A DNA stretch of 40,764 bases from Candidatus Nanoarchaeia archaeon (GTDB lineage Bacteria > Patescibacteriota > Microgenomatia > Woykebacterales > RBG-16-39-9b), in assembly GCA_036382695.1 (NCBI GenBank), contig DASVHF010000072.1, forward strand, positions 1 through 40,764, in the 5' to 3' direction. Both the position numbers and the translations under genes were made by a program. This document shows, one piece after another, positions 14,059 through 23,867 of the stretch (positions are counted from its first letter, which is position 1; the number at the start of each line of letters is the position of its first letter). The notes below the pieces were generated by a model. It saw only the letters and a list, made by a program, of their open reading frames with translations, ran no database searches and was not told where the DNA came from.

Positions 14059-17000
14059 CTACTCTACCATCTGTTGTTCAGGTAGGATGATTGGTTCTTC
14101 AACGGTAGGTTTTTTCACTTCCACTTCTTCTGCAGCAACTACTTCGGTTTCTTCCGTAGTTTTTCTTACACCCCTACTATCAAGGCGCGCCCGCGGGCCA
14201 GTTGGAATCAACCGACCAATGATAACATTTTCTTTTAGTCCCCGCAAATAATCTATCTTACCGGAAGTTGCTGCATCAGTCAGAACAGAGGTGGTCTCTT
14301 GGAAACTAGCTGCTGATAAAACGCTCTCTGTGTAGAGAGCCGCTCTGGTAATTCCGAGGATAACCACGCTAGCTGTGGCTGGCTCCCCGCCCTCGGCCAA
14401 AACTTTTGCATTTTCCTCGGCAAACTTTACCTTGTCAATTAATTCGCCAGGCAGGAGACTGGTGTCACCAGAAGCCTGCACCCTCACTTTTTCACTCATC
14501 TTACGCACGATAGTTTCAAAATGTTTATCGTTAATTGGCGCTCCTTGAGATTCGTAGACTCTCTGCAGCTCAGAAATAATATATTGCTGGACTGCTCTTA
14601 AACCTTTAGCCTCCAGCAAGCTTCTCAGATCAAAGTGTCCGCTAGTTAGTGCCGCACCAGTCTCAACCATATCACCAGTTTTTACTAAAAGTTCGCTAGC
14701 GGCGGGGATTACGTACTCTTTTTCTACTTTAGTTTTTTTATCAAAAGCAACCACCCGCACTTTTGTTTGCTCGCCTTCTTCTACGATCTGGACCCTACCT
14801 GGAATTTCCGCCATCACAGCTGGAGTCTTGGGTGTCCTGGCCTCAAAAATTTCGTCTACCCGTGGCAAACCCTGGGTAATATCCAACCCGACAATACCTC
14901 CGAGATGGAAAGTTCTCATTGTCAGTTGTGTACCAGGCTCGCCAATTGACTGGGCTGCAATCACCCCCACTGGTGTCCCAATTTTCACTCCCTCTTTTAC
15001 TGCTAAGTCAAGGCCGTAACAAGCCTGACAAACCCCATATTTTGTTTCACAAGTCAAGGGTGACCGCACTAAAATCTCTTTTACCTTAGCTAGCGCAATT
15101 TTTTCAGCCGTTGCCCCAGTTATTCTTTCACCTGCTTTTGCTAAGACTGCTCCTTTTTCATTTTTAATATTCTTAGCTGCAACTCTACCTACAATTATTG
15201 CTGACCATGTTGTAGTCCGGTCTTTATCTTCTGAAATTATAATCCCTTCTTCTGTACTACAATCCTCCTCACGTACTAAAACATCATGGGCGACATCTAC
15301 CAACCTCCTAGTCAGATAGCCAGCGTCTGCAGTCTTTAGGGCTTTATCTACTAAACCTTTCCTAGCCCCACGAGTGGAGGTGAAGTATTCGTAAACTTCC
15401 AACCCCTCTCTGAAGTTGCTTTTGCTTGGAAGTTCTACTATCCTACCAAGAGGATCGGCTACTAAACCTCGCATACCGGCAAGTTGTTTAAGTTGATCTC
15501 TGCTACCACGGGCTTCTGATTCTTGCATTATTTTCAAAGAGTTATCCTCACTCATACTATCCAGAGTAAGTTGATCTATTTTTGCTGTCAGGGCTGACCA
15601 TATCTCTTCGGATAAACGCACTTTCTCAACTTCGGTAATAAGACCACGACGAAAGTTTTTTTCAATCTGCTCCACCTTAACTTCTGCTTGATCTATCAAT
15701 TTTTGCTTCTCAGGGATTATCTGAGCATCAGTAATAGACATTGAAATTCCCGAATTTGTGGCGTAAGAAAAGCCAAGATCTTTTAGAGAATCGATCAGTT
15801 GTACTGTTCTTTCTTTCCCGAAACGATTTTGACATTCAATTAAAATACTTTTTATGTCTGAACCTCTCACTACCTTATTGGCAAATCTCATCTCTTCCGG
15901 CAAGGCTTGGTTGAAAAAGATCCGGCCTACACTAGTCTCAATAATTTTATTTTTCCATTGGATCTTAATTATTTCTCGCAGACTCACACGTCCAAGGTGA
16001 TACGCTCCGATCGCTCCATCTTCGTCGAAAAATTTCTCAGCAGGGCCTTCTTCTAACCTAGTAAGGCAATACAGGCCTAAGAAGACGTCCCGGTTTGGCG
16101 TCATGATCGGTTCTCCATCAGCTGGCCGAAGAAGATTGTTGGTCGCCATCATTATTGAGATAGACTCATCTTGAGAGGTTTTGGCTAAAGGAACATGTAT
16201 TGCCATCTGGTCTCCATCGAAATCTGCCCCATAACCGGCACAGACTGAAGGGTGAATACCAATCGCATTTCCTTCGGTCAAAACCGGATAAAAAGCCTGT
16301 ATACCAAGTCTATGAAGGGTTGGAGCCCTGTTTAAGAGGATTGGATGGCCCTTGGTAATTGATTCCAAAATGTCCCAAACCTCGGTGCCACGCCGCTCAA
16401 AAACGTGTTTTGCACTTTTTACATTTGGCGCATAACCCTGATAAATCAACTCTCGTAATACATAAGGTTTAAACAGCTCTAGTGCCATCTCTTTGGGAAC
16501 CAGACATTCGTTTAATTTCACATTCGGGGCAACCACAATCACACTCCGCCCTGAATAGTCCACTCTTTTCCCTAGAAGGTTCTGGCGGAACCGTCCTTGC
16601 TTACCCTTTAGCATATCGGAAAGTGAACGAAGTACCTGCATCCCTGCCCTGGTTGGTGCAGGCCGCTGTGCCGAATCTATTAGAGCATCTACAGCTTCCT
16701 GCAGCATTCTTTTCTCATTACGTAAGATTATCTCTGGCGCACCCAAATCTGTAAGTCTTTTCAACCGGTTGTTACGATTGATCACTCTTCGGTAGAGATC
16801 GTTAAGATCGCTTGTTGCAAACCTTCCACCAGAAAGTTGAACCATTGGCCGCAGATCCGGGGGGATAACTGGTAGAACACCAAGAATCAGAGAAGTAGTT
16901 GCGACACCTGATTGTCTAAACCCTTCCACGACACGCAACCTTTTGGTAGCCTTAATCTGTTTTTGGCCTGTAGAATTCTGAACATCGACTCGCAGTTGCC

Positions 17001-17841
17001 CTGAAAGTTTATTAAGATCCAGTTCCTTCAAAACCTCCAATATTGCCTCAGCACCCATTCCAACCTTCAAAAAACCTATCGCGTCGTAACTTGCTAGTTT
17101 TTGATACTCATCTTCTGCGATAACAGAGAGCTTCTTGATCAACTTTACCTTTTCGCTCGCTGCTTTCTGCAATTCTCGCAGACTGGAAAGTTCAACCCTT
17201 TCTTCCTCCGCAAGATTTGTCCGCCTTGCCTTCGCCTTTAGCCGCAGTTCTTCAACTATTAACTCTTTCTGTTCTCTGTTTTTGATGTCAAGTTTTTTTA
17301 TTTCGTCTTTAAGAGCCAGGTCAATTTCCCCTAAGCGCTTTTTGTAACTGCTTTTCAGTTCTTCAATCTGCTTTTTAAATGACACTTCAATTTGGGCCAG
17401 AGATTTTTTCCTCTCTTCTTCATCTACACTAACCACTAAATAATTCGCAAAGTAAACAACCGCTTCCAAATAACGTGGTGTAATATCAAGTAGTTGTGAT
17501 AGTTTTGAAGGAGTGCCTTTAAAAAACCAGACGTGAGCCACCGGAGCGGCTAATTTAATATGGCCCATACGTTCTCTTCTTACTTTTGATTGAGTAACCT
17601 CGACTCCACATTTGTCACAAATTACACCGCGATAGCGAATTCTTTTATACTTACCGCAGTAGCATTCCCAATCTTTGGTCGGTCCAAAGATTTTCTCGTC
17701 GAATAAACCGTCTTTCTCTGGTCTGAAAGTTCGGTAGTTAATAGTTTCCGGTTTGGTAACTTCACCGTAAGACCAAGACAGTGTGTCGTCTGGGGATGCC
17801 AATACTATTCTCAATGCTTCAAAATCACGGATTTCATTCAT
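14059..17841 (-). CDS. rpoC: DNA-directed RNA polymerase subunit beta'
   Basis: Zn-finger CYCGKYKRIRYRGVICDKCGVEV, catalytic GADFDGDQM (NADFDGDQM-type), and trigger-loop/bridge-helix regions. 1260 aa. Confidence 0.98.
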   Translation of the reverse strand: MNEIRDFEALRIVLASPDDTLSWSYGEVTKPETINYRTFRPEKDGLFDEKIFGPTKDWECYCGKYKRIRYRGVICDKCGVEVTQSKVRRERMGHIKLAAPVAHVWFFKGTPSKLSQLLDITPRYLEAVVYFANYLVVSVDEEERKKSLAQIEVSFKKQIEELKSSYKKRLGEIDLALKDEIKKLDIKNREQKELIVEELRLKAKARRTNLAEEERVELSSLRELQKAASEKVKLIKKLSVIAEDEYQKLASYDAIGFLKVGMGAEAILEVLKELDLNKLSGQLRVDVQNSTGQKQIKATKRLRVVEGFRQSGVATTSLILGVLPVIPPDLRPMVQLSGGRFATSDLNDLYRRVINRNNRLKRLTDLGAPEIILRNEKRMLQEAVDALIDSAQRPAPTRAGMQVLRSLSDMLKGKQGRFRQNLLGKRVDYSGRSVIVVAPNVKLNECLVPKEMALELFKPYVLRELIYQGYAPNVKSAKHVFERRGTEVWDILESITKGHPILLNRAPTLHRLGIQAFYPVLTEGNAIGIHPSVCAGYGADFDGDQMAIHVPLAKTSQDESISIMMATNNLLRPADGEPIMTPNRDVFLGLYCLTRLEEGPAEKFFDEDGAIGAYHLGRVSLREIIKIQWKNKIIETSVGRIFFNQALPEEMRFANKVVRGSDIKSILIECQNRFGKERTVQLIDSLKDLGFSYATNSGISMSITDAQIIPEKQKLIDQAEVKVEQIEKNFRRGLITEVEKVRLSEEIWSALTAKIDQLTLDSMSEDNSLKIMQESEARGSRDQLKQLAGMRGLVADPLGRIVELPSKSNFREGLEVYEYFTSTRGARKGLVDKALKTADAGYLTRRLVDVAHDVLVREEDCSTEEGIIISEDKDRTTTWSAIIVGRVAAKNIKNEKGAVLAKAGERITGATAEKIALAKVKEILVRSPLTCETKYGVCQACYGLDLAVKEGVKIGTPVGVIAAQSIGEPGTQLTMRTFHLGGIVGLDITQGLPRVDEIFEARTPKTPAVMAEIPGRVQIVEEGEQTKVRVVAFDKKTKVEKEYVIPAASELLVKTGDMVETGAALTSGHFDLRSLLEAKGLRAVQQYIISELQRVYESQGAPINDKHFETIVRKMSEKVRVQASGDTSLLPGELIDKVKFAEENAKVLAEGGEPATASVVILGITRAALYTESVLSAASFQETTSVLTDAATSGKIDYLRGLKENVIIGRLIPTGPRARLDSRGVRKTTEETEVVAAEEVEVKKPTVEEPIILPEQQMVE

Positions 17842-17845
17842 ATAT

Positions 17846-20800
17846 CTAGTCTGCCTTCGCCTCTACACCTACCTTTTCTTTCAGATGCCGGACTTCAAAT
17901 CCCTCGGCACTCTCTTCGCCTTTAATCACTGTTTCCTCGCCGCTAGTTTCAGCTAAGTCTTTTGCCTCTTCTTCGATTTTTTCTTCGTCGGTAGCTTCCC
18001 TTTCGCCTACCTCTTTTTCCTCCTCCACCTTAGCTCCTAAAAGTTCAACTTTTAGTCCAAGGCCATTCAATTCTTTAACCAAGACCTTAAATGACTCTGG
18101 CACCGTGGATTCTGGAATATCAATTCCTTTTACAATCGCTTCGAACGCTTTTGCTCTACCAACCACGTCATCACTTTTAATGGTTAGCATTTCTTGAAGC
18201 GTGTGTGCAGCTCCATAAGCTTCGAGTGCCCAGACTTCCATTTCACCCAGCCTCTGACCTCCCATCTGAGCCTTACCTCCAAGAGGCTGTTGGGTGACTA
18301 ATGAGTAAGGTCCTGTACTTCTCGCATGCACCTTCTCGTCAACCATATGGACTAGTTTCATGATGTACCCGCTCCCTACTGTCACAGGACTTTTAAAGGC
18401 TTCGCCACTTTTACCATCATACAAAATCACTTTTCCACTCGCTGGTAAACCTGCTTTCTGCAATTCTTTAAAAAAATCTTCCTCTTTGAAGCCGCCGAAA
18501 GACGGTACGGCTGCTTTGTATTTTAGTTTTGTCGCGGCCCAGCCAAGATGGGTTTCTAAGAGCTGGCCAAGATTCATTCGGGAAATGACTGAAAGCGGTG
18601 AGATAATAATATCAATTGGTGTCCCATCTGCTAAGTAAGGCATATCTTCTACTGGTACAACTTTGCTAATTACACCTTTATTACCGTGACGACCTGCTAA
18701 TTTATCACCGACTGCAATCTTACGAGTTTGCGCTACTTTCACCTTTATAAGCCGGATCACCCCAGGCTCAAGCTCGTCTCCGCTTTCTTTGGAGAGAATT
18801 TGGACACCAACCACAGTTCCCCGCTCGCCATGGGGTATGCGTAGAGAAGTATCCCGCACTTCTCGTGCTTTTTCACCAAAAATTGCGCGAAGTAACCTTT
18901 CCTCTGCGGTCAGTTCTGTCTCACCCTTTGGCGTAATTTTACCCACTAAAATATCGTTTGGTCCCACCTCTGCTCCAATATAGACGATTCCTTCCTCGTC
19001 CAAATTGGCCAGGGCTTCTTCGCCAACATTAGGAATGTCCCTAGTTGTCTCCTCTGAACCCAGTTTAGTTTCATTCACTGAAATTTCATATTCCTCAATA
19101 TGAATTGAAGTTAGCGTATCGTCTCTAACCAATCTTTCAGAAATTACAATCGCGTCTTCATATCCATAACCTTCCCAACTCATGTAAGCAATTAAAAGGT
19201 TTTGGCCCAGGGAAAGTTCTCCGCCTTCAGTCGTAGGCCCATCAACTAAAAGCTCTCCTTTTTTAACCTTCTGACCGACTGAAACCAGGGGTCTCTGCGA
19301 GTAGCAGGTGTTTTGGTTGGATTTCTCAAACTTAATTAATGGAAATCTATACTCACCTTTATCTTTACCGCGAATTATAACCTCGTTAGCGTCTACAAAT
19401 TCAACCTTCCCATCTATTGGGTTTTTAATAATTCGGCCAATGTTTTCGGCTACCGGCTCCTCCATACCTGTACCTACTATCGGAGCGGTGGGGCGCACGA
19501 GAGGAACTGCTTGGTTTTGCATATTTGACCCCATCAGAGCCCGATTTGCTTCGTCATGAGCTAAAAATGGAATAAGTGAGGAGCTTGCACCTAACATCTG
19601 CCATGGCGCCAAGTCTATATAATCAACTAGCGAGGATGGCCCGCTGATAAATGAACCTTTATGTCGCAGGGGCACTCTCTTATCTAACATATAGCCGTTT
19701 TTATCAACAGAGACTGTTGCGTGCGTAATGTAATATTCCTCTTCGTCATCAGCCATCAGCCACACTATTTCATTGGTGACTTTTGCTCTTGAATCTTTTT
19801 TAACGACCCTTCGGTAGGGGGTTTCCAAAAAACCATACTCATTGATTCGTGACATTAGGGAAAGGTGGGTAATCAAGCCGATATTTGGGCCTTCTGGAGA
19901 TTTGATTGGGTCTATCCGTCCGTACTGAGAATTATTTATATCGTGGACTGAAAAGCTGGCTCGCTCCCTAGTCAATCCCCCAGGACCCATCACCGACAGT
20001 CGCCTCAAATGTTCTAGCTCCGATAATGAGTTTATTTGATCCATGAATTGAGAAAGTTGACTACCAGCAAAAAATTCGTTGAGCCGAGCAACTATCGGCC
20101 GGGCGTTTATTAGAGCAACTGGTGTCACCGCTGTCAGATCAGCAGAAAGACTCATCCGCTCTTTCACCACTCGTTCCATCTGTAACAAACCAATACGCAA
20201 CGTGTTTTGTACCAACTCTCCAACTGCCCTCACTCTCCTATTACCCAAATGGTCGATATCATCGGGCGCGCCTTCACCGTTATTAAGTCTAATTAGAAGT
20301 TTTAGCGCTGCTATTATATCTTCTGGTGAAAGTATCCAGTGGTCTGGGTCGTTGGCGATTTGTAAACCAAGCCGCTTATTTAGTTTATAACGCCCCACTT
20401 TACCCAAAGAGTAACGCCGGCTGTTGAAAAAAAGATTCTCTAAAAGCGCTTTTGCGTTTTCCACTATAGGTGGGTCACCTGGCCGCATCTTTCTGTAGAT
20501 CTCCAAAAATGCTTCTTCCGCCGAATCTGCTGGATCTTTACCCAGGGTAACTTCTACAAATGGGTGGTCTAGATTGGTATCTATTTCAAGAAAAAGGTTT
20601 TTGATTTTTTCAGTTCCGCCATACCCGATTGTACGTAAAAAAGTAGTCGCCGGAATTCTCCGCTTCCGGTCAATCCTAACTGATATTAAATCGTTTTTGG
20701 CGGTTTCAAATTCTAGCCAACTACCTCTAGTAGGCCGAAGCTCCGCCCGGAATAGCCTTCTCCCAGTGGCAGGATCAACCTCTGCTGTGTAGAAAATCCC

Positions 20801-21199
20801 CGGACTTCTAGTAAGCTGGGTAACAACAACCCGCTCAACACCGTTTATAATAAACGTACCGGAATCGGTCATCAATGGCAGATCACCCAGAAACACTTCT
20901 TGTTCCAAATTTTCTCCGCTTTGTTTATTTAAAAGCCGGCTTTTCACCTTCAGGGGAGCAGCAAAGGTACCACCTTTTTCGAGGGCAAGTCTAGGGGTAT
21001 ATTTTGGTTCACCAAAAGAATGCTCAATAAAATAAAGCGCAAAATTTTTTCCGGTGAAGTCTTCGATTGGTGAGATTTCAGCGAGAAGCTCTTTTACGCC
21101 ATCGTTCAAAAGCCACTCGTAAGAGGCTTTTTGTGGTTCTATTAAATTTATAATCGGAAAGTGTCTCCCTGCTGCTCCAAAAACCTTACGGTTAGCCAT
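17846..21199 (-). CDS. rpoB: DNA-directed RNA polymerase subunit beta
   Basis: Full-length collinear beta-subunit motifs, including FMDQ.N.LSE..H.RRLS, GRHGNKGV and GGQRLGEMEVWALEAYGAA. The C-terminus is an acidic Glu-rich tail. 1117 aa. Confidence 0.98.
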   Translation of the reverse strand: MANRKVFGAAGRHFPIINLIEPQKASYEWLLNDGVKELLAEISPIEDFTGKNFALYFIEHSFGEPKYTPRLALEKGGTFAAPLKVKSRLLNKQSGENLEQEVFLGDLPLMTDSGTFIINGVERVVVTQLTRSPGIFYTAEVDPATGRRLFRAELRPTRGSWLEFETAKNDLISVRIDRKRRIPATTFLRTIGYGGTEKIKNLFLEIDTNLDHPFVEVTLGKDPADSAEEAFLEIYRKMRPGDPPIVENAKALLENLFFNSRRYSLGKVGRYKLNKRLGLQIANDPDHWILSPEDIIAALKLLIRLNNGEGAPDDIDHLGNRRVRAVGELVQNTLRIGLLQMERVVKERMSLSADLTAVTPVALINARPIVARLNEFFAGSQLSQFMDQINSLSELEHLRRLSVMGPGGLTRERASFSVHDINNSQYGRIDPIKSPEGPNIGLITHLSLMSRINEYGFLETPYRRVVKKDSRAKVTNEIVWLMADDEEEYYITHATVSVDKNGYMLDKRVPLRHKGSFISGPSSLVDYIDLAPWQMLGASSSLIPFLAHDEANRALMGSNMQNQAVPLVRPTAPIVGTGMEEPVAENIGRIIKNPIDGKVEFVDANEVIIRGKDKGEYRFPLIKFEKSNQNTCYSQRPLVSVGQKVKKGELLVDGPTTEGGELSLGQNLLIAYMSWEGYGYEDAIVISERLVRDDTLTSIHIEEYEISVNETKLGSEETTRDIPNVGEEALANLDEEGIVYIGAEVGPNDILVGKITPKGETELTAEERLLRAIFGEKAREVRDTSLRIPHGERGTVVGVQILSKESGDELEPGVIRLIKVKVAQTRKIAVGDKLAGRHGNKGVISKVVPVEDMPYLADGTPIDIIISPLSVISRMNLGQLLETHLGWAATKLKYKAAVPSFGGFKEEDFFKELQKAGLPASGKVILYDGKSGEAFKSPVTVGSGYIMKLVHMVDEKVHARSTGPYSLVTQQPLGGKAQMGGQRLGEMEVWALEAYGAAHTLQEMLTIKSDDVVGRAKAFEAIVKGIDIPESTVPESFKVLVKELNGLGLKVELLGAKVEEEKEVGEREATDEEKIEEEAKDLAETSGEETVIKGEESAEGFEVRHLKEKVGVEAKAD

Positions 21200-21257
21200 C
21201 GAAACCCTTGTGTTGGATGATTCCTGTTACTAAATTAAGAACTGGCAGCTTATTTGT

Positions 21258-21293
21258 ACACAAACAAATAGACGTACGCACATTGTACGTCTA
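21258..21293 (-). terminator. Terminator/attenuator-like hairpin in the rpoB leader
   Basis: Minus sense reads UAGACGUAC-aaugugc-GUACGUCUA (9-bp stem, 21269-21293) followed by UUUGUUUGUGU. Confidence 0.45.
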
Positions 21294-21316
21294 AATAAAT
21301 ATTTGATTACACACTA

Positions 21317-21345
21317 AAAATAACGTGTTGTTTGTCTTTTGTCAA
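21317..21345 (-). promoter_or_regulatory. Sigma70-like promoter upstream of rpoB
   Basis: Minus strand reads TTGACA (21340-21345), a 17-nt spacer, then TATTTT (21317-21322). Confidence 0.45.
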
Positions 21346-21361
21346 GAGGCTCCTTAGAAAC

Positions 21362-22357
21362 TTATAAATATTTCGCTATATTTTGTTGGTGCTCCTCAAA
21401 AGTTTTTGCATAATGAACTTTTCCGCTTTTATCATGAAGATAGAAATAATACGGGGACTGGGTTGGTTCAAGTACGGCTTCTATAGAAGCAAGGCCAGGG
21501 CTGCAGATTGGTCCTGGCGGTAAGCCAATGTTTTTTCTCGTATTGTAGGGATTATCGATATTTATATCTTCCTCAGTCAGATTTTTCCGCCACCAAGTTT
21601 TTTCTTCTTTAGAATAACCCAAAGCGTATTGGGTAGTAGCATCAGCTGCAACCGCCATCCCTTCCCGCCACCTCTTAATCAAGATACCAGCAATCATCGG
21701 TCTTTCTTCATCGGTTTTTGTTTCTCTTTCAATAATTGAAGCGAGGATGAGTACCTCTTTTTCTGAGAAGTTTTTGGCTGAAGTTTCTTTTTTCAAATTT
21801 TCTTCAAATTTTTTTTCAAAGTTGTCTTTAAAAATTGTAAGTATTTTTTCGCTGTCTGCGCTTACAGGAATCAAATAGGTATCAGGAAAAAGTTGGCCTT
21901 CAACTGCTCTATTGAGGAACTCCTTTTTATCAATCCTGAAATTCTCAGCTAGAATTTCCGCTACCTGCTCTTTTCTTAATCCTTCAACAAAAGTCGCCCA
22001 TTTATCTAGTCGTCCAGTAGTCAACGAAAGTGCCATTTCTTTCACTGATTGATTTGGAAAGAGTTTGAAGCTGCCCGCCTGAATTTTTTTATCTAGACCA
22101 CTTAACTTCAAATGAACTCTGAAGATAAACGAGCTCCTGATGAGATTTTCCTCCTGCAAACGTTGTGAAAACGATGAAGTACCCTCACCTTTTTTAATGA
22201 CAAATATTTTTTCTTTACCTACACTACCAACAGGGTCCAGAGCCCAATTCACCCAGGCGGTAACTGAGACTAACGGAACGGTGGTGACAATAAAAAGTGT
22301 AACTGAAAACTTAAACAATGCACCAAATGGTTGTTTAACTACCCAGGTTGATTGCAT
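21362..22357 (-). CDS. mltG: Endolytic murein transglycosylase MltG (YceG-like)
   Basis: N-terminal TM, a LysM-like segment, LASIIERE (catalytic Glu box), YNTR...GLPPGPI..PG. Confidence 0.85.
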   Translation of the reverse strand: MQSTWVVKQPFGALFKFSVTLFIVTTVPLVSVTAWVNWALDPVGSVGKEKIFVIKKGEGTSSFSQRLQEENLIRSSFIFRVHLKLSGLDKKIQAGSFKLFPNQSVKEMALSLTTGRLDKWATFVEGLRKEQVAEILAENFRIDKKEFLNRAVEGQLFPDTYLIPVSADSEKILTIFKDNFEKKFEENLKKETSAKNFSEKEVLILASIIERETKTDEERPMIAGILIKRWREGMAVAADATTQYALGYSKEEKTWWRKNLTEEDINIDNPYNTRKNIGLPPGPICSPGLASIEAVLEPTQSPYYFYLHDKSGKVHYAKTFEEHQQNIAKYL

Positions 22358-22358
22358 A

Positions 22359-23867
22359 TTACTCTTCTTGAATTAATTCGATTTTTATCCTACTTTTTAA
22401 AAAAGGCATGAAACCGGCGATTCGGAAAAAGGACGGTGATATTTTAATTTCGAAACCAGATATACTATTTAACGATTTCAGATACCTATCTGTAGTTGAG
22501 AAGTCTTTTCCCGCAATTCTTTTTTTGGTCTCCTCAATATCAATTTCTGGGACCAAACTCGCTTTTATTTTCCCAAGGATTTCGAGATTATCCCCGTCCT
22601 TTTCTAAAATTTCAGCCTCGACAGTAGAAGTTCCTCGGTCTATTTTAAAATCGTCTGGTACACTGTCTGCGATCGATTCGATCAATAAATCCTTTAGATC
22701 TTCTTCTGAAAAAGCCTTTGCGGTAAATTCTACCTGCAAGCTCAAACGAAATTCGCTAGCTTCTTCTCCAACGTTTTTACTATAAACCTCGTTTAAAATT
22801 TCAGGCTCCAGACCGCCTTCTGGTACTACTAAATCTTGGTTTTCTTTTTCCAGCTCTTCCCTCGCTTTCCTCGCTAATTTCGCGAGTAATTTTTCTTTTG
22901 CCTTTTTCTGGTCGCTAGCCGAAATTATTGTCAGATTCCTACTGCTTCCACCAGTGAAATTTGTCTCACTTTTGGCAAAAACCAAGTTGACGTTAGCGCT
23001 ACCTACTCTAAATACTGTCCCTGCCGCCAAATTACCAGATGTACCAATTACCTTGGCAGTAACATCTACTCCAGTCGAAGGGCAATCAGCTTCACACCCT
23101 GCTGGGGCAGCTGAAATTGTAGCTGATTTATCCAGTGAAAATGTCACTTTTGAACCTGACACTGGAGTAATAGTGGTACCTTTGAAAAAGGTCTTGGCGC
23201 TAGCGGTATCACGGTTGACAATCTTCACTCTACCTTTAGCTAGTGTTCCCACCGTTTTTGTCCCTGTCGCTTTTGCTTCTAACACATCCTCTTGGGTAGT
23301 TTTCAACGTTTTTAAGGGAATTGCGCCTTGGTCGGTATCTGCCTCTTCAATGCTTGCACCTGCCACCAAGCTTAGTTCCGCCTCTTTGAATTGGGCTTTT
23401 GTGATCAGTTTCACGTGAGCTCTTGGCACAAACCAAAGTAGACCCAACCCAGCAATAATTATAAAAGCCAAAAACCCAGCTATGAGATAGAGTCTCCTTC
23501 GCCCTTTGAGAAACGCCGGGCTTGGTAATTTAGGAAACGGAAATCTGCGTTTCTTTTCTTCAGGCAAGCCAATCGGCTTCGCGGTTGGTTCTTGACCGGC
23601 TACATCCTTCCCTTCGACGAAACCTAAATTTTCATCTTTTTCTTTTTTGGCTACTACCTCTAAAGGCTTCTTTTCGAAATCACCTTTGATTACAACTTTC
23701 TTACCTAAACTTTTTGCTTGAAGATTTATTACTTCCAGATTAGCTGGAAGTTTCAAAATATCGCTTCCAGGAAAAACAAATATCTCAAGCTCCTTATCAG
23801 TCTCGGAAGCTATCGCTTTCAGGGCGTCAGCAAGTTTATCATTTTCATCAAATTCAAGTCTTTTCAT
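22359..23867 (-). CDS. Hypothetical single-pass membrane protein (502 aa) with a large beta-rich extracytoplasmic domain
   Basis: One TM (LYLIAGFLAFIIIAGLGLLWFV) at about aa 125-147. It overlaps the FtsA-like gene by 4 nt and lies 1 nt from mltG. I could not assign a family. Confidence 0.6.
   Translation of the reverse strand: MKRLEFDENDKLADALKAIASETDKELEIFVFPGSDILKLPANLEVINLQAKSLGKKVVIKGDFEKKPLEVVAKKEKDENLGFVEGKDVAGQEPTAKPIGLPEEKKRRFPFPKLPSPAFLKGRRRLYLIAGFLAFIIIAGLGLLWFVPRAHVKLITKAQFKEAELSLVAGASIEEADTDQGAIPLKTLKTTQEDVLEAKATGTKTVGTLAKGRVKIVNRDTASAKTFFKGTTITPVSGSKVTFSLDKSATISAAPAGCEADCPSTGVDVTAKVIGTSGNLAAGTVFRVGSANVNLVFAKSETNFTGGSSRNLTIISASDQKKAKEKLLAKLARKAREELEKENQDLVVPEGGLEPEILNEVYSKNVGEEASEFRLSLQVEFTAKAFSEEDLKDLLIESIADSVPDDFKIDRGTSTVEAEILEKDGDNLEILGKIKASLVPEIDIEETKKRIAGKDFSTTDRYLKSLNSISGFEIKISPSFFRIAGFMPFLKSRIKIELIQEE

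Noticed and set aside
14015-21199. Numerous 60-105-aa plus-strand ORFs inside rpoB/rpoC, for example 14015..14251, 16482..16754, 18360..18638 and 20079..20390.
   Set aside because: They are antisense to strongly supported, full-length conserved genes. Their Ser/Arg/Leu-rich compositions are typical of antisense frames, and they have no start-site signals.
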